The notes beneath the pieces are model-generated. The model was not told the origin of the DNA. It was given only the letters and a program-made list of their open reading frames with translations, and ran no database searches. The position numbers and the translations under genes were made by a program. Source: Octopus vulgaris (lineage: Eukaryota). From it: a DNA stretch of 64,000 bases. Of the stretch, positions 1-15,500 are shown in pieces (within the stretch, counting starts at the first letter, position 1; every line of letters begins with the position of its first letter). The DNA lies in NCBI GenBank assembly GCA_951406725.2, contig OX597816.1, positions 133,362,001 through 133,426,000 of the forward strand, read 5' to 3'.

Positions 1-479
1 TCACATACAATTCCATGTCTTGGAAATATTAACTTATTAGTTCAATCCTAACCAATATATATATATATATATAGAGATAGATCAAAACAGTTTGATTCAG
101 ACTCTTTGGTACTCAGAGTTTCAAGTATGTGGTTAGTCTTCAGCCATTAGGGTCTGAATAAGAGTTCGATTGAAGAGAGTCAATGTTTACTACTGGACAT
201 TAGCCTGCAATTAGTCACGTGGTATAGCAGTTTGATGCTGGTATTTCAGCAACAACAATTAGTCAGAAAATACCACATGGTGAACAGGAAATCAACCTAT
301 GGTCAGAAGGTGATGTTAAACAAAGCAACAGATTAAGTCAGCCAAATAGCTTTCAACTGGATGCAGTCAAGGTTGCTTGTATGAATAGCAGCAGCCCTCA
401 AGAACAGATAAAGACAGTCAGTCAGTGTCACTTGACAGCCACCCACCAGCAGTAAGGACTCTCCAATAAAAAAACTTAC

Positions 480-579
480 CAATTGTTCACTTTTAACACA
501 GAAAAGCTTGACAGTTTTGGTGACATTTCTGGCCACAGTAACACTGAGCTTGGTGTCAACACTAGCCACATTCAGTTCA
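480..579 (-). CDS. COG5: COG5 exon 14
   Basis: [34 protein letters not shown]; TGCAG acceptor and GTAAGT donor. Confidence 0.93.
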
Positions 580-3500
580 CTGCAAACAACAAAATAAGAG
601 AGAAAATAATTATAATTAGATATGTGTGTATAACTATTACTGGTTGACAATATTATGGTGGTAATGGTTGAGGTTATTGTAGATTGAACCAGATCATCTC
701 TGATTCAGCAGAACTAAAATCACACTCTAATTGGTGGGAGGGGCTTCCTGCAACCAACTCTTACCTGTTTCCAAGTAAGGGGATATTTCTCCAAGGTAAC
801 ACTTCTTTTAATTCCTATCTACCAAATCCACTCAGAATGCTTTGGTCAATGCAGGGTTATGGTAGAAGACATTTGCCTAAAGTACCACACAATAGGACTG
901 AACCTGAAACAATGTGGTTGGAAAGCAAACTTCTCAACCACACAGCCATGACTATTATTATTAGAAAATCTGAGTTGGTGCTGACAGCAAAGTACAAATA
1001 AGATATAGTTTGATGCCCCATCATTCTAAGTTCAATTACTAACTTTGTTTTTCACCTCTCCAGTGTCAATAAAGAAATGTTAAAATTAAGTGACTAAAGG
1101 AAAAAGGCAATACCTATTATTCTTATAGGCATTTCCAAACCAGTGAAATTGATGCAGTTGATTTTCAGCCTGAATTCCTGAAGGGTGTTAGTAGTAAAAT
1201 CATGGACAAGGAAGGGAGTGTTCTATAAAGTTACAGCTTTGAGCAGGAATAATAGAGTAAACTGTTTAATGCGGAGTTTGAGGGGTAAGGAATAGTAAGG
1301 ATGACAAGAGAGTTCATCATGTGGGCTTAGGTGAAAGGGGAATGTTGTTGTTAGTTCAGAGCAGAGGCCATTGTAATAGCAGGAGAAAAGATAGAGGGAA
1401 GATACAGCATGTCTATGAACCAGTGATGATAGCATATTGGTGACTGAATCTTTGCCAATCAGCCAAATAGCCCTCAATTGGATGCAGTCAAGGTTTCTTG
1501 TATGTGTAACAGCAACACTATCCCAAATATGTCAGTAGTACAACTATGTGGGTTGCCTTGGGTTTTGTAGATCAGCAAATTAATTGATTTTGAAGTATTC
1601 TTACCTCAGTTTTGTCAGTTTCATAGACATGAGGTCACCATGAGAGATTATCAGAGATTGTGAGGTCTATAATTTATAATTAATTTGATGCTTTTAGTTG
1701 TATGTTTCTAAGGTGTAAAACGGGTGCAATGCACTACTGCTCCCTTGATACATAGTGGCTGTATTGTTGAAGGGCAAAAGCTTATTATGCTATTAGTGAA
1801 GAATATTTCCAAGTTCTCTTTTCATGAAAGCAATGCATAAGAGATGTCTAGTTTGAATAATGGTGATGTCTATGTGCTGAATGTTAAGAGGAAGTGAAAG
1901 GCAGTATCATCTGCATAGAAGTTGTAGCAAGGTGAACATTAATGTACAGAAAGAAGAGTATGGGAGACATAACTGAACCTTGAGATACACCAGAGTTGAT
2001 AGAATGAGGTCCAGATTGAGTCTCATCTGTAAAATACTACAGTGAGTCAATCTCACAAGAACTTCCAATCCAAGAAGTAAGAGATGAATGAAAACCATAC
2101 TAGCGGTGGTAACAGGAAGGTATTCAGCTTTAAACAATAATTGCTCTGTAGTAAGTAAAGGTAAAAGGCATACCAGCCATAATTAAATAGTTAAAATATA
2201 TGAAAAAAGGATAACTAAAAAATATTTACAACCCTTACCTGGCTATAGTTTTAACAATACTGTCAACTTCTTCCTTGGTTGGTGGATTTAATGACCCACT
2301 CGTAAACACCAAATTAATTGGATCAAAAAGGCGGGAAAGTGAACGTGACAAGTAAGCAGTTTCAAATGAAGCTAATGTATTTCTCAGTGCCATCTCAGAG
2401 CTACCAAATGCAAAAATATACAAAAGAATTAACTAAACAAACAAGTTGACAAAATCCAAACAATAAAAATCAATTACAAATGTTATAAAAGTTACATATA
2501 TGATCTACATTGTATTGATAGTTGATATGGAAAAGGAGGAGGATTACACAGAAACAATAACAATCTATTAAAAATAATAAAGGTCAGTATTTGTCAGTCT
2601 GTCATAGACAGACAGACACACAGACACACACACACACACACACACACAGAGCATTTTATGTCAACATTCAACACTTACCACTCTTTCTTTCTCTATTTCT
2701 CTCTTTAATATATATATATATGTGCATGTCTATGTAAATTACTCATGTACACACACATGCAAATTGGCAGAGTTGTTAGAGCATTAAATGCTTTACAGGG
2801 TTCATTTTAGCCCTCTCCTTTCTGAGTTCAAATCAGCCAAGTTCAATTTTGTCTTCCATCTCTTCAGGGTCAAAAAAAACATATAGAATGCCAGATGATA
2901 CTCTTCTACTTCTTTATCTCCCCCTCCCTCAATAAATCGGATGTGGATAGACCTAGAGACAGATGGACAGGTTTAAATGCTCAGAACAATCAGTAAGAAT
3001 GACATCTATATTTAGACAGAGATAAAATTGTTATTTAGTCCATAGACAGCCCTCATAAAGCAGACCAAGGATTAAAGGAGGCATTCCAGCCACAACTATC
3101 CTGTGTATCTAAGATCACATTATCTAATGAATCCTTCCTTTTTTTTTAAGTAAGTAGGGTAGAGTTTGTAAGAAGTTTGGCTGCATTTCTATCAGGTCAA
3201 GCAAGCACATAGAGACCTGAGATAGATAAAATAATGTAACAATACAATACCATAACAGACTTTAAATTTATATCTTATCAGAAATACAAGTATATAATTA
3301 CACCTTGTCACTTAATCTTTCTTTATCCTCATGCAGAAAATTATGACCATCCCTTGTACAGTGCTTTAGCAAGAACTCAGCCAAACAATAGTAGTTGTTC
3401 TTATCATTTATCCCATGTCAGCCCTAATCCTGTAAACCTATGACCAAAAGCATACCAACTTTGACCATCCCACATACTTTTAGAGCTATCTAATACTATA

Positions 3501-6500
3501 TTAACTAAGGTGGCATCCCCACTTTTACAAATGATGCAATTTGAGAGATGTTTGGTTACTATTTCAAGTATGTTAAATAACCACATAAAGCTTTCTTTGG
3601 TCCAAGCAACAGGGATACAAATACATAACTCTTCAATTCCGTAACCAACAAGCTAATTGGACCAAGCACAGAGTCAATTTTCAGAGAAGATTATGGTTAA
3701 CTGAACTGACTCAGTTTTATTACTAGTAATTTTTTATAGGGCCAAGAGGGATGAGAGACAAAACCAACTTTGATGTAATTTGAACCCAGAACAGAAAGGG
3801 ATGTTACAAAATACCATGAAGCATTTAAGTCAACAGACTGTTGTTTCTACCAACTCACTGCTCTAACTCTTCTAATTAATTATAGAAAATTGATGATATT
3901 TTAGAGCTGTAACTATATAATTATCCTGACTTACTCATAACCAGTCTTAGTGGCTGCCTTTTGACTAAAGAAATCATCATCAGTGGATTCTATAGCAGAA
4001 AAATCTGTATGGATTACACTTGTAGCTGTGTTGGATGTAACATTAAACTGATGAAGCCTTTTCCATAAATCGTTGTATAAACGTAGCAATTTGGGGTATT
4101 CACCTTCAAATGCTTGCTTCAGAAAAGATGTATCTTGAATGATAAAAAGAAATAAATATAATAAAATAAATATACATACATTTACATAAATACACACAAA
4201 TATATATTAAGGTAGGCATAATGATTATATAAAACCATTAGATATATATATATATTAAAGATAGTTAAAAACTAATTAGATGTTAATAGAATGTTAATTA
4301 GCTATCCTAACAGAAAAAATAAAACTTGACATTACTCTTTTGTAAGATACAATTTGTTATTTCGTCCTAGTAAGGAACACTAAAAGGATGGGTAGAAGGA
4401 ATATTACTATACCTCGGGCAGCTGCCTTAAATTCATCAGTCAAAATACTAGTGACACTCTCCCAGAAATCTTGCATTATGTTGATGGGTTCATCTGAAGT
4501 CTGATAGAGGATAAATAGAGCAATCAAATGGATTAGCATCATATGATGTGGGTTAAAGAAACAAGCTAAAACTTGGGCATGTTCAGAAAATGTCTGTAAT
4601 TAAAAACATAGTAATCACAACCCAGTAAAATATAAGCACATTTTGTAGTACCAGTATATTCTACAAAATGAGCAAGACGCAGTCCTTGTTTCATCTTTCA
4701 GATGCATACATAAATAAATAATTTTTCCATAGGAGGAATAATTAGAGAAGGTCTTCATAGTCATTTTAAGTCTAAAACCAGCTTCCTAACTTCATTCCTT
4801 GCCGAGATATCACATTCGGAAAGTTGCGAAACTTTGACTGCGTTTTTCTCAGTTTTTAAGTCATGGTGCTTACGACATCTGTTACTAAACTCCTCATATG
4901 TAGCATGAAATCTTATACAACCAAACACAGAATACACATGTAAATATAAAGGTTCAAATATGAACAACATCCAGCAGGTTTCAATAATTACATAATTTCT
5001 TCCTTTTATTCACTAAAATATTGTATGAAGGAGTGAAGTACTGAACAGTTAATGTGAAAATCATTTGTTGAAGATGTCACAAGAAATACAGTCACCACCT
5101 TCACCAAAGTAAAGTTTGCTATTCAATCCAATTTATAATGATAAAGACCATCAAAAGTGTATCAATTCTAGGGACTATAACTGGTAGGTCATGAGAAGAC
5201 AAAAGAGGCTACAGGAGCAAGTTGTGAGGACAGATGTGACAGTGATAGGTCATGAGAGGATAGCATCCAACGTCTTAAAGATAAAGGAATAAACATTTAC
5301 TTTATTGCTTTAATCAGTACGCAAGTGAAATAGAGAGAGTTAGATACTTGGTGGTGTGGAGTATGAAAATAAACTTCAAAAGGAGTAAGAGAGAAAATAG
5401 GAGTTTTTAATATCTGTATCTTTCTAAAAGACAGTGGTGACATTATAGAAAAGAACTCAAAGAGCTACAATCAAGAGTCAAACTTGAGTCACAAACTCAG
5501 ATCAAAAGGAACAATGGTGCAACCTCAATGAACTTGATAAAGAATATGAAATGAAGAAAACTATACACACCTTTGAGAGTTCCTCAATGAAACAAATGTG
5601 AGTGACAGGGTCACGTTTCTTTGTCAACACCTTCTGTAAATGCTGAATCTAATAATTACAAAATGATAAAAAAATATTTATAAGATAAACAGAAGAGTGA
5701 AGATGATAATGACAATGAAACTCACAATGAGATGATGATGATGATGATAATGATGATGCATATAATGAGTTATTATAAGGATTATGGTAATAATAATAAC
5801 AGCTATGGTGATGGTAGTAACAACAACAATGGAGACAATGACAACAATAACAATAATAGTGATAATAATGAAGATGATTCGAACCACCATCATCATCACC
5901 ATTGTTTAAGATTCACTTTTCCATGCTTTCATGAGTCAGACAGAATTTGTTGAGGTGGATTTTCTACAGCTGGATACCCTTTCTGTTGTCAATCCTTGCC
6001 TGTTTCCAAGTAAGTTAATATTTCCCTCATGACATAAAAAATTAAAAACAAGGAGTTTACAACTATCACACAAGGAATCAGTAACACACACACACACACA
6101 AACACAAGCATGCATGCCGACACACACACAAACATATACGCATACACAAACACACATACATATATGGTGGGCTGCTTTCAGTTTTCTTCTCCAAATCTAC
6201 TCACAAGGTAATATGCAATGAGACTGAACTCAAAACCATGTGATTGGAAATCAAATTTATTACCACATAGCCATACTTCAATTCCTTCCAGTTATTCAAA
6301 AGAAATTTCAGGAAGTTATATCTTATTGATGAACTGATGAATAACAGAGGCAAATAGTGAAATGATATTCTCAAGAAGTTTACAATGTCTACCAATATGT
6401 TAAGTCTATCATACTTCTCATTTCTTGTATTTGCCTTTAACCCTTTAGCATTTAATCTGGCCATGTGAGGCCCAAATATTCTATATGTTTTATGTTTAAA

Positions 6501-9500
6501 ATGATCAGATCCAACCTCTCATACATACCCTACAATGTGATTCTAAATATATACAAACACACCATTGAAATCTTAAAGCTACAAGATAATGCATGATTAA
6601 TTCAAAACTATGTGAATAAACAATACATTTGACAAAGATATCTGAGTGCTAAAGGGTTAACTGGCCTACAGAACAGTCTCTCAGGTCTTCACATTTTGAA
6701 ATGGAGTGTTGAGAAACCATGATAACAAATGAAGATAATAATATTCATGTTTAGTTTTAACTGCAGCAGGTTTGAGCTTCAGTATAATATCTGAAATACC
6801 AAACTTCAGTCTGGTCTAAAACTAATGTGAACCACAGCACACTCTGTAATGAATGGTTAACAGTTAAAGACTTGAGAAATAGCAATTTAATTATATAAAG
6901 AAACCACTCACAAGACTGATGTCTCACTTAGTGATTCTCTGCACTAAACACATAATTTTTCTGGGTCAGTGTATAATCAACAACACTGACTCCAATATAT
7001 TACTGGTATATATTTTATTTACTCCAAAGGAATTAAAGGCAAAAATTGACCTCCAGCATGATCAGAACTCAGTGCCAATCAAAGTTATAGTAAAGCATCC
7101 AGTTCAAATTCCAGCTGCATCAGTTATTTTGACAGGCTTTCTTAACAGCTTAAACCACCTCAAGATGACCCATTTATTGGATGTGCATATGTGTATTACA
7201 AACTAAGATACAGCATCCATCTACCTTTTTATATATAACAACAGCGATAAATTGTAAAGACTATAACTAACCTGAGCACAAGCAGCATAAATATTATCCA
7301 TCAATTTCTCCATGTTAGTCCAAAGATTTGCTCGGTAAGCAGCTGTGTTTCCAGTCACTGGCATCAATGCTCGGCCAGGACCACCTAAAAAGAAATTTAG
7401 ACAGCAAAGTAATAACAATGGAGGGTAGCAGCTGGTTGAGTCAATATGATTTTAACTGGTCGGCCAAGAAGATTATGACTGGTATCCCACTTACAACACT
7501 AAACTGTACCTCTGGTAAAGGTACTTAACTTTCAATAACCTGGTACACTTTGTGGTAAATAGGTACAATCAGAAAGTAGAGTTTACTAATGTGAATAATA
7601 AAGAAGGGTACAATTGCTGGCTGCCACATTAGTCTACTGAATTGAACTTAATCCTCCCACAGGCCTGGAACAGGTAATGTGATTTCTCTTACATTAGTCC
7701 CCTTGAATTACAACAAGTAAATAAAGTCTTTCAATTGCACCCCAATAACCCAAGAGAAGATCTCAGCATGATGGAAGAATCCAGAGAAAGCTCAGCATAA
7801 AGACATGAAGAAAGGTTTGGCTCAAAGGATGGCTTAATATGACAAAGAAAGGCAGGATTGCTCGACATAAGGGAACACTTGAAGATTTAACATAAAGAAG
7901 AATCAGATTCAAATAACTTCAACAAAAAACTTAATTATTCAGATACTTTCCTATTTCATTAAATAGAACAAATAAGTCAGATATGTATTCCTGCATAATA
8001 CTTGATTCCTTTTTTGATACCACTTGGGGAAGGGGGTATTTTCTGTGAGAGGAGATTGAATCTTAGCATCATAAATTCAACCCACTATGCATCATTTATA
8101 AAAAAGCTTATTCAGTACTCCGCCATGAAACAATACTCTCATTTGAGGCTTACGCTTGTTACCAGGGAACATTTAGTTGCTTTGGTGTGTCCAGAACACA
8201 TCAGAGCAACTGATGATGCAACACTGCAACTCATTGTGATTGTAAAAAATGCATTTAACTGAATGAATCATTCTTATGGGAAGCATAAGGACTTCTGCCT
8301 ACCAAATTCAATCACAAGTCTTCAGTCAGCCCAAGAAGACAATTGCCCAAGGTGCCATGCAGTGGGGTTGAACCCAAAATCATGTGGTCAAAAAGCAAGT
8401 TACCTAACCAAACAGCAAAAACAAAAATTTGTACATCAACTGACCTTGACCTTGTGAGGGGAGCTGTTGTTGTAAAAGCTGCATATTAAGACAGTTCTTA
8501 ACATTTTGGTGAAGAGTTTCACGACAATTGTTCACAACCTTCTTCACCGTTGCTGAGAGCGAATTAAGATTGTAGAACACTTGCAGTGAAGTTGCCACTT
8601 GACTTTGATTCTATAACAAATTTATGAAAAAAAAAATATTCATTTCAAGTGGTTGTTACTCAAATCAAACAATCCTACTATACGTAAATAGAGGTGAAAT
8701 GAATCAAATAGTTAATGTACTGCACAACCCATTTATAGGTCGTTGTTTTAATATTCACTTTTCCATGAAATTCGTTGAGATAAATTTTCTACAGCTGTCA
8801 CCAACACTCATTTGTTTCCAAGCAAGGTAATATTTCTCCACACAACTTAGCAACACAACTACTACTACTAGCCACTACACCTAATTCTTCCTTTCCAGCA
8901 CACCTGAAATCATCTCCCCGCTCATATCTTTCCTGAATGTAATTATCTGCAACATATTAAACAGAACATTAACATCAACCTCACCTACTTGCACAGGTAA
9001 TTGTCACTGATTCAACAAATAAAAGAAAAAAATATGCATTTAGTCTTTAATCTACCAGCCTAACTACATAGCTATGTACTAAGCTACTTATAATTTTAGC
9101 AACCCTCATTTGGTTGCTGGTCAAAATGGCTAAGGAATTTAGTATTGAATGGATATTTGTTAAAGCACCAACATACTACTCATATTAAAGGTCATTTAGT
9201 TCTTTGGTTAAATGTCATCATCATCATCATGATTTAACTGTTTTCCATGCTAGCATGGATTGGACAGTTTAACAAGAAATGGCAAGGCCAGGGCCCATAC
9301 TGGGTTTCATAGTCTGTTTCAGTTTAGTTTCTATGGCTGGATGCTTCTCCTAACACCAACCACTCTACAGAGTGTACTGGGTGCTTTTCATGTGACACTT
9401 TCACCAGTGCCTTTTACGTGGCACCAGTACTAGTACTTTTTACATGGCACCAACACCAGTTTAGTTTCTATGGCTGGATGCTTCTCCTAACACCAACCAC

Positions 9501-12500
9501 TCTACAGAGTGTACTGGGTGCTTTTTATGTGACACTTTCACCAGTGCCTTTTACGTGGCACCAATACTAGTACTTTTTACATGGCATCAACATCAGTGCT
9601 TTTTATGTGGCACCAGCACCAGTGCATTTTATGTGACACATTGATTTTAGGACCTAACAACAAAAGTGGCACATTATACAAACATACAGCTGTTATTATT
9701 ATCAGATGGATAAAGGAAATGCCTCACCTGTGTTTCCATTCCTTGCTCCAACATTTTCTGAGCTTGTGCCTCTACATCTTTGCGAGCTTGTTTAATGAAT
9801 CGGCGATCTGCTTCAATCACCTCAATTCCACTTAAATCCATTCCTTCACATACATAATCTGCATTAATTAAAAACAATATGTGAATTTCTGCTTCCATAT
9901 TTACATGCTACTTCGTATTAGGAAACCTACAAAGGAAGACAACATTCTCTAGGAAATTGAAAATGGATATGTGAACACAAGTTTATAATCAACTACAAAG
10001 ATTTTATTCAAATTACGACTGTTTTTTTAAAAAATGTCTAATTATTACTTTTTAAAATCATCATCACTTAACCCTTTAGTGTTCACATCATTCTGCCAAA
10101 ATTAATCCCTTTTTATCCAAATTGTTTTGAATTAATCATGCATTATCTTGTAGTTATAAGATTTTGATGAGGTAGCTGTTAATTTTTAAGATGATATTGT
10201 AGGGTTGGTGTGAGAGACCAGATCTGGCCAGTTTGACCATAAAACAAGCAGAATACTTTTGGCCGGATATGGCCGGTTTAATTGCTAAAGGGTTAATGTC
10301 CATGTTTTAGGTTGGAATGGGTAGATATACATTCATCTTTTACTTGTTTCATTCATTGAACTAAAGTCATGCTGGAGCACTGCCTTGAAGGATTTAGTCA
10401 AACAAATCGAGCCCAACACTTATTTTTTTAAAGTTTGGTTCTTCTATCAGTTTCATCTGCTAAACCACTAAGTTACAGGGATATAAACAAACCAGTACCA
10501 ATTGTCAAGTGGTGAATGGTGGACATACACAAGCACACACACATATATAAAGTGGGCTTCCACGCTGTTTCCATCAACGAAATTCACTCATAAAGCATTG
10601 GTCAGATCAGGACTATAGCAGAAGACATTTTCCCAACATGCAGTACAGTGGAACTGAACCAAAAACCACATGGTCGTAAAGCGAGCATCATCACATAGCT
10701 ATAACTGCACCTATCCAGGTGGAAATCTTTAACAAATGTCGTGCAAAATATTTTTAGTCACAATGAAAAAATAAGACCGGAAACGATTAAATCTGTTTGC
10801 ATTACAAATGGTTTGGGATACTCGGTATATTTTATTACAAACTTCTTGAATCGTAAGTCTAAGTTTACGTGTTCGATTATTCAAACATTTGAACAATCAT
10901 AGACGTGAAACAGTTACAATTTACGATATTAGAGCGAGCTTCTATTAGAATGTGCGCGCGCATATTTTATACGCAAGAAAAAAGGAAAATTGCTCTCTTA
11001 CCGAGTTCATTGAGACTCTGAGCAGCTTTAGTTATCTCCCTTGCACCACCCTCAAGCTGACTGCGTAGTCGTTTACTTAGATAAAGTATGCGGATAATCC
11101 GTCGCAAAAGATCACAAGCTTCCTGAAGAGATATATAAAAAAAAATCACTTATCGTGTCATCATTACACAATTTATATTATTCTTTATGTGATAAAGAAA
11201 AAAAAAATTTCCAAGAGATTCGTCTGCAACTGTAGCTGGTATGGTGTATGATGTAAGGGATGTAACTATTTTTATAGCTAAATAGCACTTTATGATGTTA
11301 CCCAACCATTTAATAAATTTTTACTACCCATGCATGATTATTAATACACATACATTCTTCACTATCATTTATCGAGTACATTAAAATATTAAGCCTATAT
11401 GTTTTATTTTTAACTCTGAACAATGACAATATTACGTATTTTAATTTTCAGAACCGCCTATATCTATGAGAATTATTATTCATTGATTTTTTAGCAGTTA
11501 TCATAGAAGAGCAGTAGAACCTACAGTTGCTAAAGAAATAGATTTAGACTGAATAGCCAAAGACGATACTTTAGACTGTGGAGTAGAAGAGTTGTGCACA
11601 CCACACCAGCAGAAAATAACCCACTGTCCAACCGCTTTGTACTATCAACAAGCAGCAGTTATAGTTAGACATGAGCAATGATGGTGAATCTTTGAGTTGC
11701 CACAGACAAAAAAAAACGTTCTCTAAGTCTTTGCTGTGGCAAGTTGTTCAAATTTGGTACTTTAAATATATTATGTCTTAAGCTTTTGCTTTGAGCACAA
11801 AGGAAACAGAGACACACTGTGTGTGTCCCTTAAAACTCATGAGAAATGCATTATTACAGTTTTATTTATCATTCTTCAAATGTGGTGCTTTATGCAAGCA
11901 TTTGTATACAAACGTTTTTATAATTATTGTAAGAGCGGCCAGATTGTAAAAATGTAGAAAAACAGACTAGTTAGGTTACAGTGCCAAGTTCAATAAAGTA
12001 TGATTCTTGGCTTTCATTTGACTAGGGCCTAACTATTAAAAGATAATCACAAGATTCTAACAGGATAGCTACTGACCTGCATCAATATTTATGCAATAGA
12101 AAAAATGTGGCATATTTTTATACAATGATAAGGAATATTTAATAATTTTCCTATGAATAATTCTACTCAAAATATTAAAATGTTCTTTCTAATCAATATA
12201 CCATGATATATTTTTTTTAGTTGCAAATAACTTAGCCTACTGAAAATTTTGATCACTATTAAACTACTATTTTTACTGACAACTATATATAAGATGTGAC
12301 CAAAAACGAAGAAATCAACTTTCAAAATGATAATAGTCTTCAAATAAAATTTTAAAAATTCAATTCCCTGACCTGTAATCTTCTTAGCTGTGCAGTTCTC
12401 ATTACAATTTTGTTGAATGGGTCACTTACTTTGCACCGAATTCTATGTAAAGAAATTAAAAATAGAAAGACACAAAAGCATTTTAGAAAGAATTGTCACT

Positions 12501-15500
12501 AAAATTTTCAGAATGTATCTGTCCTCATTACTGCATAAGTAGTGTTAACATCACTTAGCAGTGTCAACCAATCTCAATAAAAAAAACTATTTTTGTTTAA
12601 CTTTCCTTAACCCTTTAGTATTCAGATTACTCTATCAAATGTAATACTTATTTACTCATTGTTTTGACTTAATCGTATATTATCCCAAAACTTTGAGATT
12701 TCAATGATGTGATTGTTTATTTTTAGACTGACATTGTAGAGTAAGTGTGAGAAGCTGGATCTGGGCAGTTTTAACATAAAACAGGTAGAGTAATTGAGCC
12801 AGTTATGGCTGGTTTAAACACTGAAAGGTTAAATCACTAACACAAAGATGAAATACTGGATGAGCTACAAATTATTATATGTACCTTAGTGTTGTATAAT
12901 CTTAGACTTATGACATTTGGTTAGCTAAACAACTTAGCACAATCCACACTCTATTGTCCCAAATATACTTCATCTAGCTGAGGAGCATACTACACATGTC
13001 ACTTTGCAGCACCCAACAGGGTAAAATATAGTGCTTTGGACTAGTCTTGAGGAAAAATATTTCAACATGTGTATGTTATAAGATTGGAAAATAATAAATC
13101 AAAGGACTGCCTTCAGATAGTTTACCCTAATGTATACTAAGTTAAATTTACTTTCTTGTTTACAACAGATCATTAGAAATGCCCAGAATATTAAAATCCC
13201 AAAGTCAACAGATGTTATAACAAAAGATTTCTAAAATAATTGTTGTGCCTTCTGAAAATAAGATACAGCAATGCTTTTGCAGCAAACAGTTGTAAATTTG
13301 TCAGGTATAAGTTGATATGTTTATTAGATGTTATTGCAAAACTTTTTAAAACTTTGCTGTGGTAAATAGCAGTCTGTATTGGCAAAAATTAATTCAAAAC
13401 ATTAACTGAATAAGTTTTAATTAGCAAAAAAGAAGAAACAAATTCTAATATTTTGGGAGTTTTTTGTAATCTTTCTTATAAACATCAGTTAAATGAGTTT
13501 TTAAAATACTGGCCTCTCATTAGCACTATATTTAGGGAAAAATTTACTTCATATATTTCCTACTATAGAAGCCAAGCCAATGTCACTGTTACTTTAACCT
13601 ACAAACTACTACTTAGGAGGTTTTGCTGCATTAAAAATATTCTTAATACCACAAGACATGGGTCCAAACCTTGCTGCAAGGCAATGTGATATGTCTCTAG
13701 ATGATGCACATTACTTCACTTGCATCAGTCTACTTCAATAGTTAGTAACTGGAGGAAAATCCAACTGTAAAATAATTTCCTCTAAGAATTTGCAAAATCA
13801 AATTCACATTAAAAAAAAAATCCACCATGGTAAGACTGATATTAAGAAAAAGATTTCAAAATAGACAAGACGGATATGTTATTGTGATTTTTTTATATCA
13901 AGTGTTGGGTTTGTAGTCTGCAAATTTTTTTTCTATTTTTCTCACTGTTAAAGGTTTTATGGCCAAGTAGGAAACAAATTTATAAAAAAATTTTTTTTTA
14001 AACTAACCGTTCCATTGCAGAGAGCAAGGACTGAATTCTTGATTGCATCATTTGAAGGACACCTGAAAAAGAAGAAAAAAATTAACAAAATTTTTAGAAA
14101 TCAAAAATTTTACTATAATTGTTTTCACTTGAATTAATTGAAAAATAAATTATAGATAATCAAAATAAAGTGATATAAAGATATTTACAAGTTTTAGCAA
14201 TGTATTTATTTAACAATTATTTAGGGAACTGTTTTTTAAAATATTGCGATCAATTACCTTCAAGGGTTTCCACACCAGTAGCCTGGGAAAGTAAATCTTC
14301 ATGATGATCTACAATCTAGAAGTAATGTAAAAAAATTGTTTATACGTAATAAAATAAAAATGAACTTTTTCTATGAGTGTACAGATATAGAAAAAGTTCA
14401 TATATTTGGTACTATGAACCCCTAGATATCCATGTGAAGCCTTACAACCAAAACATCATCATTTGGACCCAGCTGACACTCAATTATGTTCTCTGACTTA
14501 TAAAACTACAATTACTTTGGAGTAAGATAAACTCTTTGAAAATAAGTGACCGGTTACAGGACAGTTATTGCTCAATGGCTGAAACTCAAACAAATTTTGA
14601 GACTGCTAATGTTCTTTGAGTGAGACTCAAGTGAATGAGACTGTTACATGTATGTTTGTAAACTTATTGCTCAGTATATTGGCTCAAAGGCATTCGAAGC
14701 TCAGGATTAAAAGACTTGATATATATTCTTATACCTGGTTCTATAGTGTGTTACATGATTTCATTTTTTTTCATTAACAATATTTATTTTATTGACCCAG
14801 CTCAGATGAAACCAAAGTCTTTTCAGTCATTCTAAGTATACCACTGTACAGCTTCAAGCCAACTCACAGCCTAGGACTTTTAACACATATCAATGCATGA
14901 TGTGGTGCCTGATGAAGCAGATTGGCCAACAAGAGTTGTGTTTAGTGCCACGTAAAAAGCAATTGTGCTGGTGCCCTGTAGACCTGTTAAAAGTACCCAA
15001 CACACATACTGTAAAGTGGTTGGCATTAGGAAAGGCATCCAGTCATTGAAATCAAGCCAAATCAGACTAGAACCTGATGTAGCTCCCCAGCTTGCCAGCT
15101 CTGGTCAAAACCATCCAACCCAAGCTAGCATAGAAAATGGGTATTAAATGATGATGTATACAGAGTAAATAAAATCGACAAGAAAACTTCATAACCAGCA
15201 GCTGTTAATGACAGAAAGAGTTTCTTCCAATTATGTAGCAATCATTAAAGATCTAGAAATAGATTTAAAGCAACAGGCTCCACATTATGCTATTAGTATT
15301 AATTTTATCGATTCTAGTAAGGGCGTAGTGACTCCCTTGAGGAATTTAAATTCAACAACTGGTGGATGAAATAAAACATTTTAACACCTCCAGTATGATA
15401 TTTTATTGATCCATGCTAAGTCCCAAAGAAGAACTTGAATCCAGAAACTAGAGCCAACATGTACCAGCATGTGTTATCACCAAAGATAACTTTTTAATGT

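Noticed and set aside
5678-5953. His/Asn/Ile-rich ORFs
   Set aside because: Translations of trinucleotide microsatellites in a COG5 intron.
8205-8260. Second possible hammerhead (CTGATGA-TGCAACAC...GTGATTGTA-AAAA)
   Set aside because: Lacks the GAAA core and a convincing stem III or cleavage triplet; at best a decayed relic.
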